Below are positions 8,680-18,989 of a stretch of DNA of 64,000 nucleotides, piece after piece. The stretch's first letter is position 1, and each line of letters begins with the position of its first letter. Made by a program: the position numbers and the translations under genes. The notes beneath the pieces were generated by a model. It was not told the origin of the DNA and ran no database searches. It worked only from the letters and a program-made list of their open reading frames with translations. The stretch spans positions 166,289 through 230,288 of the forward strand of contig JAVCCR010000032.1 of the NCBI GenBank assembly GCA_030765485.1. Direction: 5' to 3'. The stretch comes from Candidatus Gygaella obscura. GTDB taxonomy: Bacteria; Omnitrophota; Gorgyraeia; Gygaellales; Gygaellaceae.

Positions 8680-9987
8680 GTGCCAGTCCTAATCCCAAAG
8701 TTAAAAAAACTTAGAGGAACAGTAACTTTCCCCGGCGATAAGTCTATAGCTCATCGCGCAATAATAATAAGTTCTATTGCTAAAGGTAGATGCGTGATAG
8801 AACATTTTCCTTTTAATAATGATTGTCTTACCACGCTGGAAATCTTTAAATTACTGGGTGTAAAAATAAAGGTTATAAAAAATAAAGAAAAAATTATTGT
8901 TTATGGTCGGGGAATTGGAAATTTAAAAAAGCCACAGAAAAGTTTATACTGTAAGTCTTCTGGCACCACTATTAGGCTTCTTGCCGGTATTTTGTCTGCT
9001 CAAAGATTCAATAGTAGTTTAACAGCAAGTAAGACTTTATCTAAAAGACCGATGTTGCGCATCACAAGGCCGTTAAGGTTGATGAGCGCTGATATAAAGG
9101 GAAAGTTGAGGCAAAAAGAAGAATACCCGCCATTAAAGATTAAAGGTAAAAGTCTTAAAGGGATTTATTATAAATTGCCTATAGCCAGTGCGCAGATAAA
9201 ATCAGCAATTTTTCTTGCCGGTATATATGCCAGCGGGAAAACAACTGTGGAAGAGGTTTTTGCTTCTCGTGATCATACTGAACGTATGCTTAAAATTTTC
9301 AAAGCGCGCCTTACCAGAAAAAATAGAAAAATTACAATACATAAAGTCAAAGAGTTGATTGCTGTAAAGAGCTTGTTTATTCCTGGAGACATTTCTTCTG
9401 CGGCTTTTTTTATCGTTGCTAGTTGTATTTTACCGGGTTCCAGAATAAAAGTGCGCAATCTTGGTATTAATCCTACTCGTAGCGGTATAATAAAAGTATT
9501 AAAACGCATGGGTGCAGATATAGAAATAACCAGGAAAAATGACAAGGTTGAACCTGTTGCTGACTTGGATGTCTGTTATTCGCCGCTTAAGGCAACAAAA
9601 ATAAAAGTTAAAGAGATACCTTTGTTGATAGATGAGGTGCCTATTTTAATGGTGGCGGCATGCTTTGCAAAAGGAACAACTATCATAGAGGGCGTTAATG
9701 AGTTACGTGTCAAGGAAACCGATCGTGTAAGGTCTATGGTGGATAATTTAATTAAGATGGCAGCAGATATAAAAATTGTGCGTAAGAATAAAAGGCAGGA
9801 TTTGGTTATAAGGGGAGTAAGAAACCTTAAAAGCGCTAGCTTAAAGAGTTTTCAGGATCACAGAACTGCTATGAGTTTGATTATAGCTTCTTTGGGGTTA
9901 AGTAAGGCAGCCCGTATAGATAACTTAAGCTGTATAAATAAGTCTTTTCCTGAGTTCTTCAAGATTCTTAAAAAGCTTAAAAGTTAA
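8680..9987 (+). CDS. aroA: 3-phosphoshikimate 1-carboxyvinyltransferase (EPSP synthase)
   Basis: 435 aa with GTVTFPGDKSIAHRA at the N-terminus (the PGSKS motif region), typical length, and an inside-out alpha/beta repeat pattern. GTG start. Confidence 0.85.
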   Translation: MPVLIPKLKKLRGTVTFPGDKSIAHRAIIISSIAKGRCVIEHFPFNNDCLTTLEIFKLLGVKIKVIKNKEKIIVYGRGIGNLKKPQKSLYCKSSGTTIRLLAGILSAQRFNSSLTASKTLSKRPMLRITRPLRLMSADIKGKLRQKEEYPPLKIKGKSLKGIYYKLPIASAQIKSAIFLAGIYASGKTTVEEVFASRDHTERMLKIFKARLTRKNRKITIHKVKELIAVKSLFIPGDISSAAFFIVASCILPGSRIKVRNLGINPTRSGIIKVLKRMGADIEITRKNDKVEPVADLDVCYSPLKATKIKVKEIPLLIDEVPILMVAACFAKGTTIIEGVNELRVKETDRVRSMVDNLIKMAADIKIVRKNKRQDLVIRGVRNLKSASLKSFQDHRTAMSLIIASLGLSKAARIDNLSCINKSFPEFFKILKKLKS

Positions 9988-9998
9988 TAAAATTATGA

Positions 9999-10027
9999 TT
10001 GACAACAGGTTTTGACTCTGATATATT
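9999..10027 (+). promoter_or_regulatory. Putative sigma70 promoter (TTGACA-17-TATATT) upstream of mreB
   Basis: TTGACA at 9999-10004 and TATATT at 10022-10027. A GGAG Shine-Dalgarno sits 6 nt before the ATG at 10055. Confidence 0.45.
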
Positions 10028-10054
10028 TAACACATTAAACAATTGGAGTTAAAA

Positions 10055-11143
10055 ATGGCAAGAGGAAGATTCCGAAATTTCAAGTTGGTAGAACGTGGTA
10101 AAGACTTCCTGAGTTATCTGTTAGGTCTTTTTTCTAATGATATGGGTATTGATTTAGGTACTGCAACTACTTTAGTCTATGCTAAGGGAGAGGGTGTTGT
10201 TTTATGTGAACCTTCTGTAGTTGCTGTAGAAAAAGGAAAAAATCATGTTTTAGCAGTTGGCCAAGAGGGTAAGCGTATGTTAGGTAGGACTCCTGGTAAT
10301 ATCATTGCCATAAGGCCGATGAAAGATGGAGTTATTGCTGATTTTGAGATAACTGAGGCAATGCTTCGTTATTTTATAAAAAAGGTTCATAATCGTCAGG
10401 TTTTGGTAAGACCCAGAATGGTTATTGCTATTCCCTCGGGTATTACAGAAGTGGAAAAAAGAGCGGTTAAAGATTCTGCTGAACGTGCTGGTGCACGTGA
10501 GGTATATTTGGTGGAAGAGCCTGTGGCCGCAGCAATTGGTGTGGGGCTTCCCATATCAGAGCCGACCGCAAGTATGATTATAGATATTGGTGGCGGTACA
10601 AGTGAAATTGCAGTTATTTCTTTAGGAGGCATAGTTAATTCAAAGTCTATTCGTATTGGCGGCGATGAAATGGATCAGGCTGTAAGTGAATATTTAAAAA
10701 AGACCTATAATCTGATGGTTGGTGAGCGTACCGCAGAAGAAATAAAGATAAAAATTGGTTCGGCTTTTTCTTTGGATGAAGAAAAAAGCATAGAGGTAAG
10801 AGGTCGCGATCTGATAGTGGGGCTTCCAAAAACTGTTACGATTACCTCAGAAGAAATCAGAGATGCGCTTAAAGAAACTATTAGTGCTATTATTGATGCA
10901 GTTAAGATGGTTTTGGAGAGAACTCCGCCGGAACTTTCCTCTGATTTGATAGAATTAGGTATTGTTATGGCTGGAGGAGGGTCACTTTTAAAAGGGTTGG
11001 ATAGAATAATCTCTGATGAGACTGGTCTCCCTGTTCATATAGCAGATGACCCTATAACAGCGGTTGTTTTGGGTACAGGCAAGATACTTAATGAAATACG
11101 TTATTTAAAAAGAGTTACCGTCCCTTCACGTATTGAAATCTAA
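10055..11143 (+). CDS. mreB: Rod-shape-determining actin homologue MreB
   Basis: Contains [14 protein letters not shown] (phosphate 1), adenosine and phosphate 2 motifs, and the [17 protein letters not shown] block. The ORF track begins at TTG 10043; ATG 10055 is the more likely start. Confidence 0.9.
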   Translation: MARGRFRNFKLVERGKDFLSYLLGLFSNDMGIDLGTATTLVYAKGEGVVLCEPSVVAVEKGKNHVLAVGQEGKRMLGRTPGNIIAIRPMKDGVIADFEITEAMLRYFIKKVHNRQVLVRPRMVIAIPSGITEVEKRAVKDSAERAGAREVYLVEEPVAAAIGVGLPISEPTASMIIDIGGGTSEIAVISLGGIVNSKSIRIGGDEMDQAVSEYLKKTYNLMVGERTAEEIKIKIGSAFSLDEEKSIEVRGRDLIVGLPKTVTITSEEIRDALKETISAIIDAVKMVLERTPPELSSDLIELGIVMAGGGSLLKGLDRIISDETGLPVHIADDPITAVVLGTGKILNEIRYLKRVTVPSRIEI

Positions 11144-11152
11144 AAAAATGTA

Positions 11153-11935
11153 GTGAAATTAAAGAAGAAAAACCTCGCTGTTTTTTTTGCAATAACAATT
11201 CTAGCTTTATTTATTCTTCCTTTTTTTTCTTTTCTAAAGACTCCGACACACATTGCGCTTAAGTATCCTTTATATGTTGTGAAGTTTTTTCAACAAGAGG
11301 TAAAGGCTTTTTTTATGTTTCACGTGAACATGCAGGAAAACAAGCGGTTAAAGGTGCAGCAGAATAAACTTATTCATAGAATTATAATGCTTAGGGAGTT
11401 GGAAGCAGAAAATAACAGACTTAAAGACCTTTTGGATTTCACTCAGCGTCAAAAGGGTGAGTTTATTTATGCCAGGGTTATTACCAGGGATTCATCGAAT
11501 TTAGTATCCAGTTTATTAATCGATAAAGGTACATTAAGCGGCATAAAAGATGGAATGCCGGTAGTTAATAATTTAGGACTTGTCGGTCGTGTTACCCAGG
11601 CAGGTGTTTTTACCAGTAGGGTGGTATTGATTAACGATACTAGGCTTTTTGTGCCAGCAATAATCCAGCGCAGCCGTATTCAGGGTTTAGTTTCTGGAAG
11701 GCTTGACGGTAATCTGGCAATGAATTATATAGAAAAGGATAGCGATATTGCTTTAAAAGATGTTGTTGTCACTTCCGGTCTTGTTGAATCTGAAGCTAAA
11801 AGCATATATCCCAAAGGTATTCCTATCGGAGCGATTGTTCAGATTGTTCAGGAATCAAAGGGTGGGATGCTTACCGTATACATAAAGCCTTTCATTGATA
11901 TTAATTCTCTCGAAGAAGTCTTGATAATAAAATAA
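11153..11935 (+). CDS. mreC: Rod-shape-determining protein MreC
   Basis: 260 aa with an N-terminal TM, a coiled coil (ELEAENNRLKDLL) and C-terminal beta domains (GLVGRVTQ...). It lies immediately after mreB. Confidence 0.8.
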   Translation: MKLKKKNLAVFFAITILALFILPFFSFLKTPTHIALKYPLYVVKFFQQEVKAFFMFHVNMQENKRLKVQQNKLIHRIIMLRELEAENNRLKDLLDFTQRQKGEFIYARVITRDSSNLVSSLLIDKGTLSGIKDGMPVVNNLGLVGRVTQAGVFTSRVVLINDTRLFVPAIIQRSRIQGLVSGRLDGNLAMNYIEKDSDIALKDVVVTSGLVESEAKSIYPKGIPIGAIVQIVQESKGGMLTVYIKPFIDINSLEEVLIIK

Positions 11936-11940
11936 TTATT

Positions 11941-12504
11941 ATGAGATTTATCGAACAATTATCGAAAAGAATTAAACAGATTTTAAAAAATAACGGATTT
12001 AATTTTTCTCTTGTCAAAAGAGACAATTTATTAAAGCTTGTCACGCTTACGATTTTATTACTGGTTTTTGAAAATAGCTTCCTGGAATGGTTTAAAATTT
12101 TTGGCGTTAGGCCTAATCTTGCTTTATGCCTTATTGTTTTTTTAAGTTTTACTCAAGAGTCTGCGGTAGTTTTATTGGTTGTGCTTTTAGCTGGGATTAT
12201 TAAGGATAGTTTTTCCGGATTCATATTCGGATTAAACTTGATTACTTTTTTTTCTACAATGTTTTTATGCTTTGAGATAAAAAGAAGATTATTTGTGCAG
12301 AAAATCATTATATTTATCCTGGTCGCTTTATTGGGAATATGGATATCCTTTTTTATCTTTTGCTTTTATTCTTTTATTTATGAGTTAAATTATAATTTCT
12401 TTAGAGTGTTTTTTATGACGTTTATGGAGTCTTTGTATAGTTGTGCAGTATTTTATTTAATATTAAAATATTTAAGAAAATGCGTACCAGGTCTGTTTAT
12501 CTGA
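11941..12504 (+). CDS. mreD: Rod-shape-determining protein MreD (polytopic membrane protein)
   Basis: 187 aa, about 5 TM helices, in the canonical mreBCD position. The sequence is poorly conserved in general, so this call is positional. Confidence 0.55.
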   Translation: MRFIEQLSKRIKQILKNNGFNFSLVKRDNLLKLVTLTILLLVFENSFLEWFKIFGVRPNLALCLIVFLSFTQESAVVLLVVLLAGIIKDSFSGFIFGLNLITFFSTMFLCFEIKRRLFVQKIIIFILVALLGIWISFFIFCFYSFIYELNYNFFRVFFMTFMESLYSCAVFYLILKYLRKCVPGLFI

Positions 12505-14180
12505 TATTTTTAGGAATTTTTTCTTTTATCGTCTTAGGACTGTTTTATGCCCAGGTCATTAGAGGCAATCACTATTCAAGGCTTAGTTACCATAATTATA
12601 TCCGTATTTTTCCCGAGGAAGGCATAAGAGGTAGAATTTTAGATAAAGATAATCGTCTGATTGCTGAGAATCAGGTTAGTTTCGATTGCTATGTTAATCT
12701 TAGGCAGACTGGGGATGAAGTAATTTCGTTTTTAAGCAGACATCTGGATCTTTCCAAACAAGAGATAAAAAGAAAGATAAAAAGAAATCTAAAATCTCAA
12801 GACTTGCCTGTTTTAATATATAAAGGTCTATCCAAAGAAAAAGCGTTTCTTATAAAAGAAAATTCTTTAAGCTATCCAGCAGTTTTAGTTAAGTTTAATC
12901 ATTCGCGGTTTTATCCTTATGCAGAAGCTACAAGTCATATCAGCGGGTATTTAGGGCAAATCAGCAAAAGTTTAATTACAAAATTAAAGGATTATGGTTA
13001 CAGTACGCAGGATTTTATCGGTTATGGCGGAGTGGAACAGGCAATGGATAAATTTTTAAGATCCGAATCTGGGGGTAGTCAGATTCAAGTTGATTCTCGT
13101 GGTAGACAGATTGCACTTTTAGGTTTTAAGGCTGCCAATGATGGTTTGGATGTTAGACTCACCGTGGATGTGAGAATGCAGACGATCGCATACAATGTAC
13201 TAAAAAAATATAAAGGGGCGATTGTAATACTTGAGCCTGATACGGGTAAGGTTTTGGCAATGGTTAGTAGTCCTGCCTTTGATGCCAATGTGTTTATTCA
13301 GGGTAAGGATAGCCATAAAATCAGTGAGATATTAACTGATAAGAATTCTTGTTTGTTAAATCGGGCAATAAGCGCATCTTATCCGCCAGCATCGATCTTT
13401 AAGTTGGTTGTGGCTTCATCTGGTTTGGATAATAATAAGATTAGTCTTGAGGATACATTCAATTGTAATGGAGCTTTAAGGATAGGCAATAGAAGTTTTA
13501 GTTGTTCAGGGGTTCACGGTGTACAGAATTTGGAAGATGCTATTGCTAATTCCTGCAACGTGTTTTTTTATAATCTAGGTTTAAGAATTGGAGCACGGGC
13601 CATAATTGAAGCTGCACATAGGTTTAGACTTGGCAAAAAGACCGGAATAGATCTGCCATATGAGGTAAGTGGTTTTTTGCCCAGTCTTTTATCGAATAAG
13701 CTGCTTTTAAAAAAGTGGTATTCAGGAGATACTGCTAATATTTCCATAGGCCAGGGTGAGTTACTTGTTACACCTTTACAGGCAGCGCGTCTAATTTCGA
13801 TTTTTGCTAATTACGGTAAATTGGTTAAACCTTATATTATCGAGAGTATTGCTGGTGTAGATAATTTTTTGCCTCAAGTTACAAAATTGGATTTTGAAAA
13901 AAATGTAATTGCTACGGTAAGATCAGCCTTACGTAGGACTGTAACCGATACAAATGGAACTGCGAAAATAATGAATATGAATAGATTGTCAGTTGCCGGT
14001 AAGACTGGTACAGCGCAGGTAGGAAACAAACGTTCCCACGGTTGGTTTGTTGGTTTTGCACCTTATGATGAGCCTAAGATTGCTTTTTGTGTATTCTTAG
14101 AAAACGCCGGTTCTAGTTATCGTTCTTGTCAGGTTGCACGAAAAATGTTGGAGTTGTTTATAAAAGAAAATTTATTATGA
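12480..14180 (+). CDS. mrdA: Penicillin-binding protein 2 (elongasome transpeptidase)
   Basis: N-terminal TM and PBP dimerisation domain. Transpeptidase motifs SIFK (SxxK), SCN (SxN) and KTGTA (KTG). ATG 12480 is the likely start; the ORF track gives 12441. Confidence 0.85.
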   Translation: MRTRSVYLIFLGIFSFIVLGLFYAQVIRGNHYSRLSYHNYIRIFPEEGIRGRILDKDNRLIAENQVSFDCYVNLRQTGDEVISFLSRHLDLSKQEIKRKIKRNLKSQDLPVLIYKGLSKEKAFLIKENSLSYPAVLVKFNHSRFYPYAEATSHISGYLGQISKSLITKLKDYGYSTQDFIGYGGVEQAMDKFLRSESGGSQIQVDSRGRQIALLGFKAANDGLDVRLTVDVRMQTIAYNVLKKYKGAIVILEPDTGKVLAMVSSPAFDANVFIQGKDSHKISEILTDKNSCLLNRAISASYPPASIFKLVVASSGLDNNKISLEDTFNCNGALRIGNRSFSCSGVHGVQNLEDAIANSCNVFFYNLGLRIGARAIIEAAHRFRLGKKTGIDLPYEVSGFLPSLLSNKLLLKKWYSGDTANISIGQGELLVTPLQAARLISIFANYGKLVKPYIIESIAGVDNFLPQVTKLDFEKNVIATVRSALRRTVTDTNGTAKIMNMNRLSVAGKTGTAQVGNKRSHGWFVGFAPYDEPKIAFCVFLENAGSSYRSCQVARKMLELFIKENLL

Positions 14181-15301
14181 GAAAGAATTTTTCAATAATA
14201 CTGATTCCGGTTGTTATTTGTCTTATTGGTATATTTTCCATTTATACCAATACCTATTTGAGTGATAATTTTGTTGTAGGTTCGAGTTCGTTAATAGATA
14301 AAATTAATAGTTTTTTTAATATATTAGTCGGTAAACAGATTGTTTGGCTTTTAATAAGTCTATGCGTATATTGGCTGGTTAGCTGTATTTATTACCGTAG
14401 GCTATATGATGTAGCATATTTTCTTTATGCATTTTTATTGCTTTTGCTTGTATTTGTTTTTGTGTTAGGGATAGTTAGGCTCGGCGCGCAACGGTGGTTA
14501 AAGATAGGATTTTTTAATTTCCAGCCATCGGAATTTGCTAAAATATGTATTGTGTTAGTGATGGCAAGGTATTTTGATTACAGGCGGTTAAAAAATATTA
14601 AATTATTTGATGTTGATTTTGCAAGAGGTTTTGTTTTGCCTGTTGTGATAGTAGGTATACCTTGTTTTCTAATCGCCAAGCAACCGGATCTTGGCTCGGC
14701 TATTATTGTTTTTTTGATATTAGTTTCTATTCTTTATGTAAAAGGATTTTCTTTGAAATGGTTTTTATTATTAGCGATTTTGTTTTTAATAGCTTTTCCT
14801 TTTGTCTGGAGTTTCCTTGAGGGATATCAAAAGCAACGATTGCTTGTTTTTGTAAATCCGAATATGGATCCTTTGGGCGCAGGTTATACAGTAATTCAGT
14901 CAAAGATTGCCGTTGGTTCCGGTGGTTTTTTTGGCAAGGGTTGGCTTTCGGGAACGCAGAGCCAGTTGCATTTTCTGCCTGAAGCCCACACGGATTTTAT
15001 ATTCGCAACCTGGGCTGAGGAGAGGGGATTTTTCGGATCAGCAATCTTGGTAACGCTTTATGCTCTATTAATAAAAAGTATTATTGATGTAGGCTTAAAG
15101 GCAAAAGATAATTTTGCAAAGTTGATCTGTGTTGGCATTGCCAGTATGTTTGGGTTCCAGATCAGCATAAATATTCTTATGACAATTGGACTTTCTCCGG
15201 TAGTAGGTCTTCCTTTACCATTTATGAGTTACGGCGGTTCATCTCTTTTGATAAGTTTTATTTCTTTGGGAATAATCTCTAATATCAAAAATAATCTTTA
15301 A
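14177..15301 (+). CDS. rodA: SEDS-family peptidoglycan polymerase RodA
   Basis: 10-TM FtsW/RodA/SpoVE family with FIFATWAEERGFFGS and GLPLPFMSYGGSS blocks. ATGA overlap with mrdA. Confidence 0.85.
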   Translation: MRKNFSIILIPVVICLIGIFSIYTNTYLSDNFVVGSSSLIDKINSFFNILVGKQIVWLLISLCVYWLVSCIYYRRLYDVAYFLYAFLLLLLVFVFVLGIVRLGAQRWLKIGFFNFQPSEFAKICIVLVMARYFDYRRLKNIKLFDVDFARGFVLPVVIVGIPCFLIAKQPDLGSAIIVFLILVSILYVKGFSLKWFLLLAILFLIAFPFVWSFLEGYQKQRLLVFVNPNMDPLGAGYTVIQSKIAVGSGGFFGKGWLSGTQSQLHFLPEAHTDFIFATWAEERGFFGSAILVTLYALLIKSIIDVGLKAKDNFAKLICVGIASMFGFQISINILMTIGLSPVVGLPLPFMSYGGSSLLISFISLGIISNIKNNL

Positions 15302-15302
15302 A

Positions 15303-17036
15303 ATGAATCTATCTGACGTTAGAAAACCGGCAAGATATATTGGCAGGGAATGGAATCTTACAAAAAAGAATTTGGATTCTTGTAAGATAAAGATTGCGCT
15401 TTGTTATCCGGATATGTACGAATTGGGAATGAGTAATCTTGGATTTAGAATTATCTATGGGTTATTGAATAAGCAAAAGGATACTTTTTGTGATAGGGTT
15501 TTTACCCCTACTGATGATTATCTGGAATATTTAAAAAAACAAGAACGTAAATTTGCCGCATTAGACTCTGGGCTTTTATTAAACGAATTCGATATTTTAG
15601 GTTTTTCTTTAGGTTGCGAATTAATCTTTACTAATGTATTGACAGTTCTTTCTCTTGCTGGTTTGCCTTTGCGCAGTTGTGATAGAGATGAAAGTTTTCC
15701 TTTAGTGATTGCCGGAGGGCCATGTGCAGTAAATCCTGAACCGATGAGTGAATTTATCGATCTATTCGTAATTGGCGAGGCAGAAGAGGCAATAAAAGAA
15801 ATTTTAAGTTGTTTTATGAAAAATTCTCATAATAAAAAAGAATTATTAAAAAAGATGTCTTTTATAAAAGGAGTCTATGTGCCTTCACTTTATGAGGTTT
15901 TTTATGATAAAGATGCATCTTTAAATAAAATTATACCCAAACAAAAGAGTGTACCTGCAGAAATTCATAAACGCGTGGTAAAGAATTTTAATAAAAGTTA
16001 TTTTCCTGTTAATTGGGTTGTTCCTTTTATTCAAATCGTACATGATAGAGTATCATTAGAAATTATGCGCGGATGTCCCAACAGTTGTCGTTTTTGCCAG
16101 GCGAGGAATATTTATTTCCCCTTTAGATTAAGAAAGCTAAATACTATAATAGATCTTGCCCGAAAAACATTTAAACACAGCGGCTATGAAGAGATTGGCC
16201 TGTGCGGATTATCTGTAAGTGATCACTATCAGATACGGAAATTGATTAAAAAGCTTGTCGGTTGTTTTAAGGAAAAAGGAGTGTCGCTTTCTTTATCAAG
16301 CATGCGCGCAGATATTCTTCTTGGCGGTTCTTTTTCTGAACTTGCCAGTATAAAAAAAACAGGTCTTACTTTTGCTTTAGAGGCTGCCAGCGAGAGATTG
16401 CAGAAAAAAATAAATAAGAATATCAATATGGATAAGTTTTTTTCTTTGGCCGGTCAAAGTATCGATAAGGGATGGCGGAAGATAAAATTATATTTTATGG
16501 TTGGTTTTCCTGATGAGACAGAGGATGATTTAAAAGGTATTATTGAGATTGTCGATAGGTTGCTTAAAATGAGATCTGAATCAGGAGGTAGATTTATTAA
16601 AATCAATTTAAGCGTTAATCCGTTTATTCCCAAACCGCATACTCCTTTTCAGTGGGTAGGAATGGAGTCAATGGAAAGTTTAAAAGCAAAAAAAATGTTT
16701 TTATTGAAAGGTTTAAATGCGCTTTCTAAGAATAGGATTAATTTTACTTTTCATAATGTTGAAACGAGTTTTTTGGAGGCGGTTCTTTCTCGGGGAGACA
16801 GAAGAGTTTCTAAAGCTATTCTCGCAGCCTGGAATAAGGGAGCAAGATTTGATGCTTGGAGCGAATTTTTTGATTTTAAGATTTGGCAGCAGGCATTTGC
16901 AGAATCTAAGATTGATCCTAATTTATTTGCAAACCGTAATATTGCTTTAAGCGAAAGACTTGCTTGGGATCATATTAAAATCTCACCTAATAAGGCCTTT
17001 CTGGTCAAAGAATTTAAAGACAGTCAAAAATACTAA
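15303..17036 (+). CDS. B12-binding-domain radical SAM protein
   Basis: 577 aa with an N-terminal B12-binding-like domain and a CPNSCRFC (CxxxCxxC) radical SAM cluster. Exact function unknown. Confidence 0.7.
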   Translation: MNLSDVRKPARYIGREWNLTKKNLDSCKIKIALCYPDMYELGMSNLGFRIIYGLLNKQKDTFCDRVFTPTDDYLEYLKKQERKFAALDSGLLLNEFDILGFSLGCELIFTNVLTVLSLAGLPLRSCDRDESFPLVIAGGPCAVNPEPMSEFIDLFVIGEAEEAIKEILSCFMKNSHNKKELLKKMSFIKGVYVPSLYEVFYDKDASLNKIIPKQKSVPAEIHKRVVKNFNKSYFPVNWVVPFIQIVHDRVSLEIMRGCPNSCRFCQARNIYFPFRLRKLNTIIDLARKTFKHSGYEEIGLCGLSVSDHYQIRKLIKKLVGCFKEKGVSLSLSSMRADILLGGSFSELASIKKTGLTFALEAASERLQKKINKNINMDKFFSLAGQSIDKGWRKIKLYFMVGFPDETEDDLKGIIEIVDRLLKMRSESGGRFIKINLSVNPFIPKPHTPFQWVGMESMESLKAKKMFLLKGLNALSKNRINFTFHNVETSFLEAVLSRGDRRVSKAILAAWNKGARFDAWSEFFDFKIWQQAFAESKIDPNLFANRNIALSERLAWDHIKISPNKAFLVKEFKDSQKY

Positions 17037-17064
17037 AAATTCAACCCAAAAAAGTTAAAACCTA

Positions 17065-17093
17065 TTGACAAACAAAGGATTATGAAATATAGT
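17065..17093 (+). promoter_or_regulatory. Near-consensus sigma70 promoter (TTGACA-17-TATAGT) heading the T4P/c-di-GMP operon
   Basis: TTGACA at 17065-17070 and TATAGT at 17088-17093. AAGGAGG lies 7 nt before the ATG at 17131. This is the only intergenic gap of about 90 nt or more between rodA and the pilus genes. Confidence 0.5.
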
Positions 17094-17130
17094 ATTATTT
17101 AGATTAACATAATTTTAAGGAGGCATTTAT

Positions 17131-18534
17131 ATGATTAAATTATTTAAAAAAACCTCTATTTCTTCCCGGGGCTTACGCAGTAAACTGGCTGTTGCTTTTG
17201 CTTTAACTTCGACTATTCCTATACTAATCAGCGTTTATTTATTAACACAAATTACTGATATCTCTAAATTGGATTCACGTATTGGTGTGTTTCTTTTTCT
17301 GAGTCTGGTAATTGCTGTTATCGGCTATTTTGTTTTAAATACTATAGTCAGCTCGATTATTAGAACCAGCAAAAAAGCCAATGCCTATATAAACGGAAAA
17401 ACCTTTGGAGGAATGAAAATTTCCACCGATGATGAGATTTCTGATTTGAATAAAGCTATTGATAAGCTTAACGACCGTATACGCGATAATATGGATAAGC
17501 TAAGTTTTTATGATAAACAAAGCAAGCTTGTAGGTATGGATTTAAACAAAAAAATCATTGCGCTTTCAAGTCTTTTACAGATTGGAAGTTTTATTTCTTC
17601 AACCAATAATATCGATGATATTTTTTCGTTGGTTGTCGGAAAGCTGGCCAATATTGAGTCTAGCTTCGAAGTTTTTTTATTTCTGCATAATAAAAGTAAT
17701 GAGTATACGCTTGATTTTGCATCTAACCAGGAAAAAATTAAATCAAATGTTTTTACCTTATCAACCGATTCAAGAAAAATCGTTCAGGCTATTTCTAGCA
17801 ATGAGCCTTTAAGGCTTGATGTTTCTCGTTCCGAATCAAAAACCCTGGAGCGATTGGGAGAAATATTCAATATCCGCAATATAGTTATCTTTCCTATCTT
17901 TGCCTGCGAGGAGACTAAAGGGATTCTTGTAGTAGGTAGCACTAAAGGAGATTATATTTTTGAAGCATCAGATATTGAGCTTATAAGACTATTTTCTAGA
18001 CAAGTTGCTATTTCACTTGAGAAGAATCAGCTTTTTACCAAGGCAAAAAAACTGGAAGTTAAAGACGGGTTAACTGGTTTATATAATGAGCATTTTATAC
18101 GCAGCCGTCTAGAGGAAGAGATAAAACGTGCATTTATTTCTCAGAGGCCGTGTTCTTTTGTTCTTTTGACTGTAGATAGGTTTCAGGATTATCAGCAGCG
18201 CAAGGGTCAGGATGGTGCGGAGAGTTCTTTAAAACATATCGCTACTTTATTAAAAGAATCTTCTCGCGAGATTGATAAACCAGGACGATTTGGATATTCT
18301 GATTTCGCGATACTGCTTCCTGAAATGAATAAAAAGGAAGCGATTGCTCTAGCGGAAGAGGTTAGACAAAAGGTGGCTTTTATTTTTAAGGAAGAGGAAG
18401 ATGTAAAACTTCGTTTGACAATTTCAGCTGCCGTAAGTGAGAATCCCATAGATGGAATAAAAGCAGAAGAATTGATTATACATGCAAGGAATCTTTTGGC
18501 TAATAAAAACTCAGATAATAAGGTTTTTCGCTGA
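17131..18534 (+). CDS. Membrane-anchored GAF-like / degenerate-GGDEF protein with RxxD I-site retained (putative c-di-GMP receptor)
   Basis: 467 aa with two N-terminal TM helices, a HAMP-like coiled coil and a GAF-like middle domain. The C-terminal GGDEF fold has the active-site motif changed to RFGYSDF, while the upstream REID (RxxD) keeps the canonical spacing. Confidence 0.7.
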   Translation: MIKLFKKTSISSRGLRSKLAVAFALTSTIPILISVYLLTQITDISKLDSRIGVFLFLSLVIAVIGYFVLNTIVSSIIRTSKKANAYINGKTFGGMKISTDDEISDLNKAIDKLNDRIRDNMDKLSFYDKQSKLVGMDLNKKIIALSSLLQIGSFISSTNNIDDIFSLVVGKLANIESSFEVFLFLHNKSNEYTLDFASNQEKIKSNVFTLSTDSRKIVQAISSNEPLRLDVSRSESKTLERLGEIFNIRNIVIFPIFACEETKGILVVGSTKGDYIFEASDIELIRLFSRQVAISLEKNQLFTKAKKLEVKDGLTGLYNEHFIRSRLEEEIKRAFISQRPCSFVLLTVDRFQDYQQRKGQDGAESSLKHIATLLKESSREIDKPGRFGYSDFAILLPEMNKKEAIALAEEVRQKVAFIFKEEEDVKLRLTISAAVSENPIDGIKAEELIIHARNLLANKNSDNKVFR

Positions 18535-18536
18535 TA

Positions 18537-18986
18537 ATGTTTTCTCCATTTAGAAAGGTTGTCAATAAACAATTAGGTGAATTGCTGGTAGAGCATAAGA
18601 TTATAAGTGAGGCGCAGTTGAAGAAGGCGCTAGCTTTGCAAAGCCAGCGTTGCGGTGCTTTGATTGGTGAATTAATAGTAGAGCTGGGTTATGCCAAGGA
18701 AGAAGATATTGCTAATACCTTAGCTGCCCAGTACGGTTTTCCTTATTTGCCTTTGGATAATTATTCTGTTGATGAGAATATCGTAAAACTTATACCGAAA
18801 AATGTTGCAAATCAGTATTGCTTATTAGCGATAGACAAATTGGGTAATTCTATCGTTGTAGCAACAAGTAATCCTTTGAATACTCAGGCGATTGAAGACG
18901 TCGAGTATATAACCAATTGCGATGTCCGTGTTTTTATCAGTACAGCCACGAGCATCAGGGGCAAGATTAAAGAATACTACCAATAG
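18537..18986 (+). CDS. Standalone MshEN / T2SSE_N domain protein (predicted c-di-GMP-binding)
   Basis: 149 aa. QLGELLVEHKIISEAQLKKALALQ matches the MshEN 24-residue c-di-GMP binding motif (LGxxLVxx-IIxxxxLxxxLxxQ). The rest matches the GspE N-terminal domain fold consensus (...YGFPYLPLDNY...). Confidence 0.7.
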   Translation: MFSPFRKVVNKQLGELLVEHKIISEAQLKKALALQSQRCGALIGELIVELGYAKEEDIANTLAAQYGFPYLPLDNYSVDENIVKLIPKNVANQYCLLAIDKLGNSIVVATSNPLNTQAIEDVEYITNCDVRVFISTATSIRGKIKEYYQ

Positions 18987-18989
18987 TAA

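Noticed and set aside
16717-16950. 77-aa + strand ORF inside the radical SAM gene in another frame
   Set aside because: Fully nested in a well-supported gene. Leu/Ile/Phe-rich nonsense translation.
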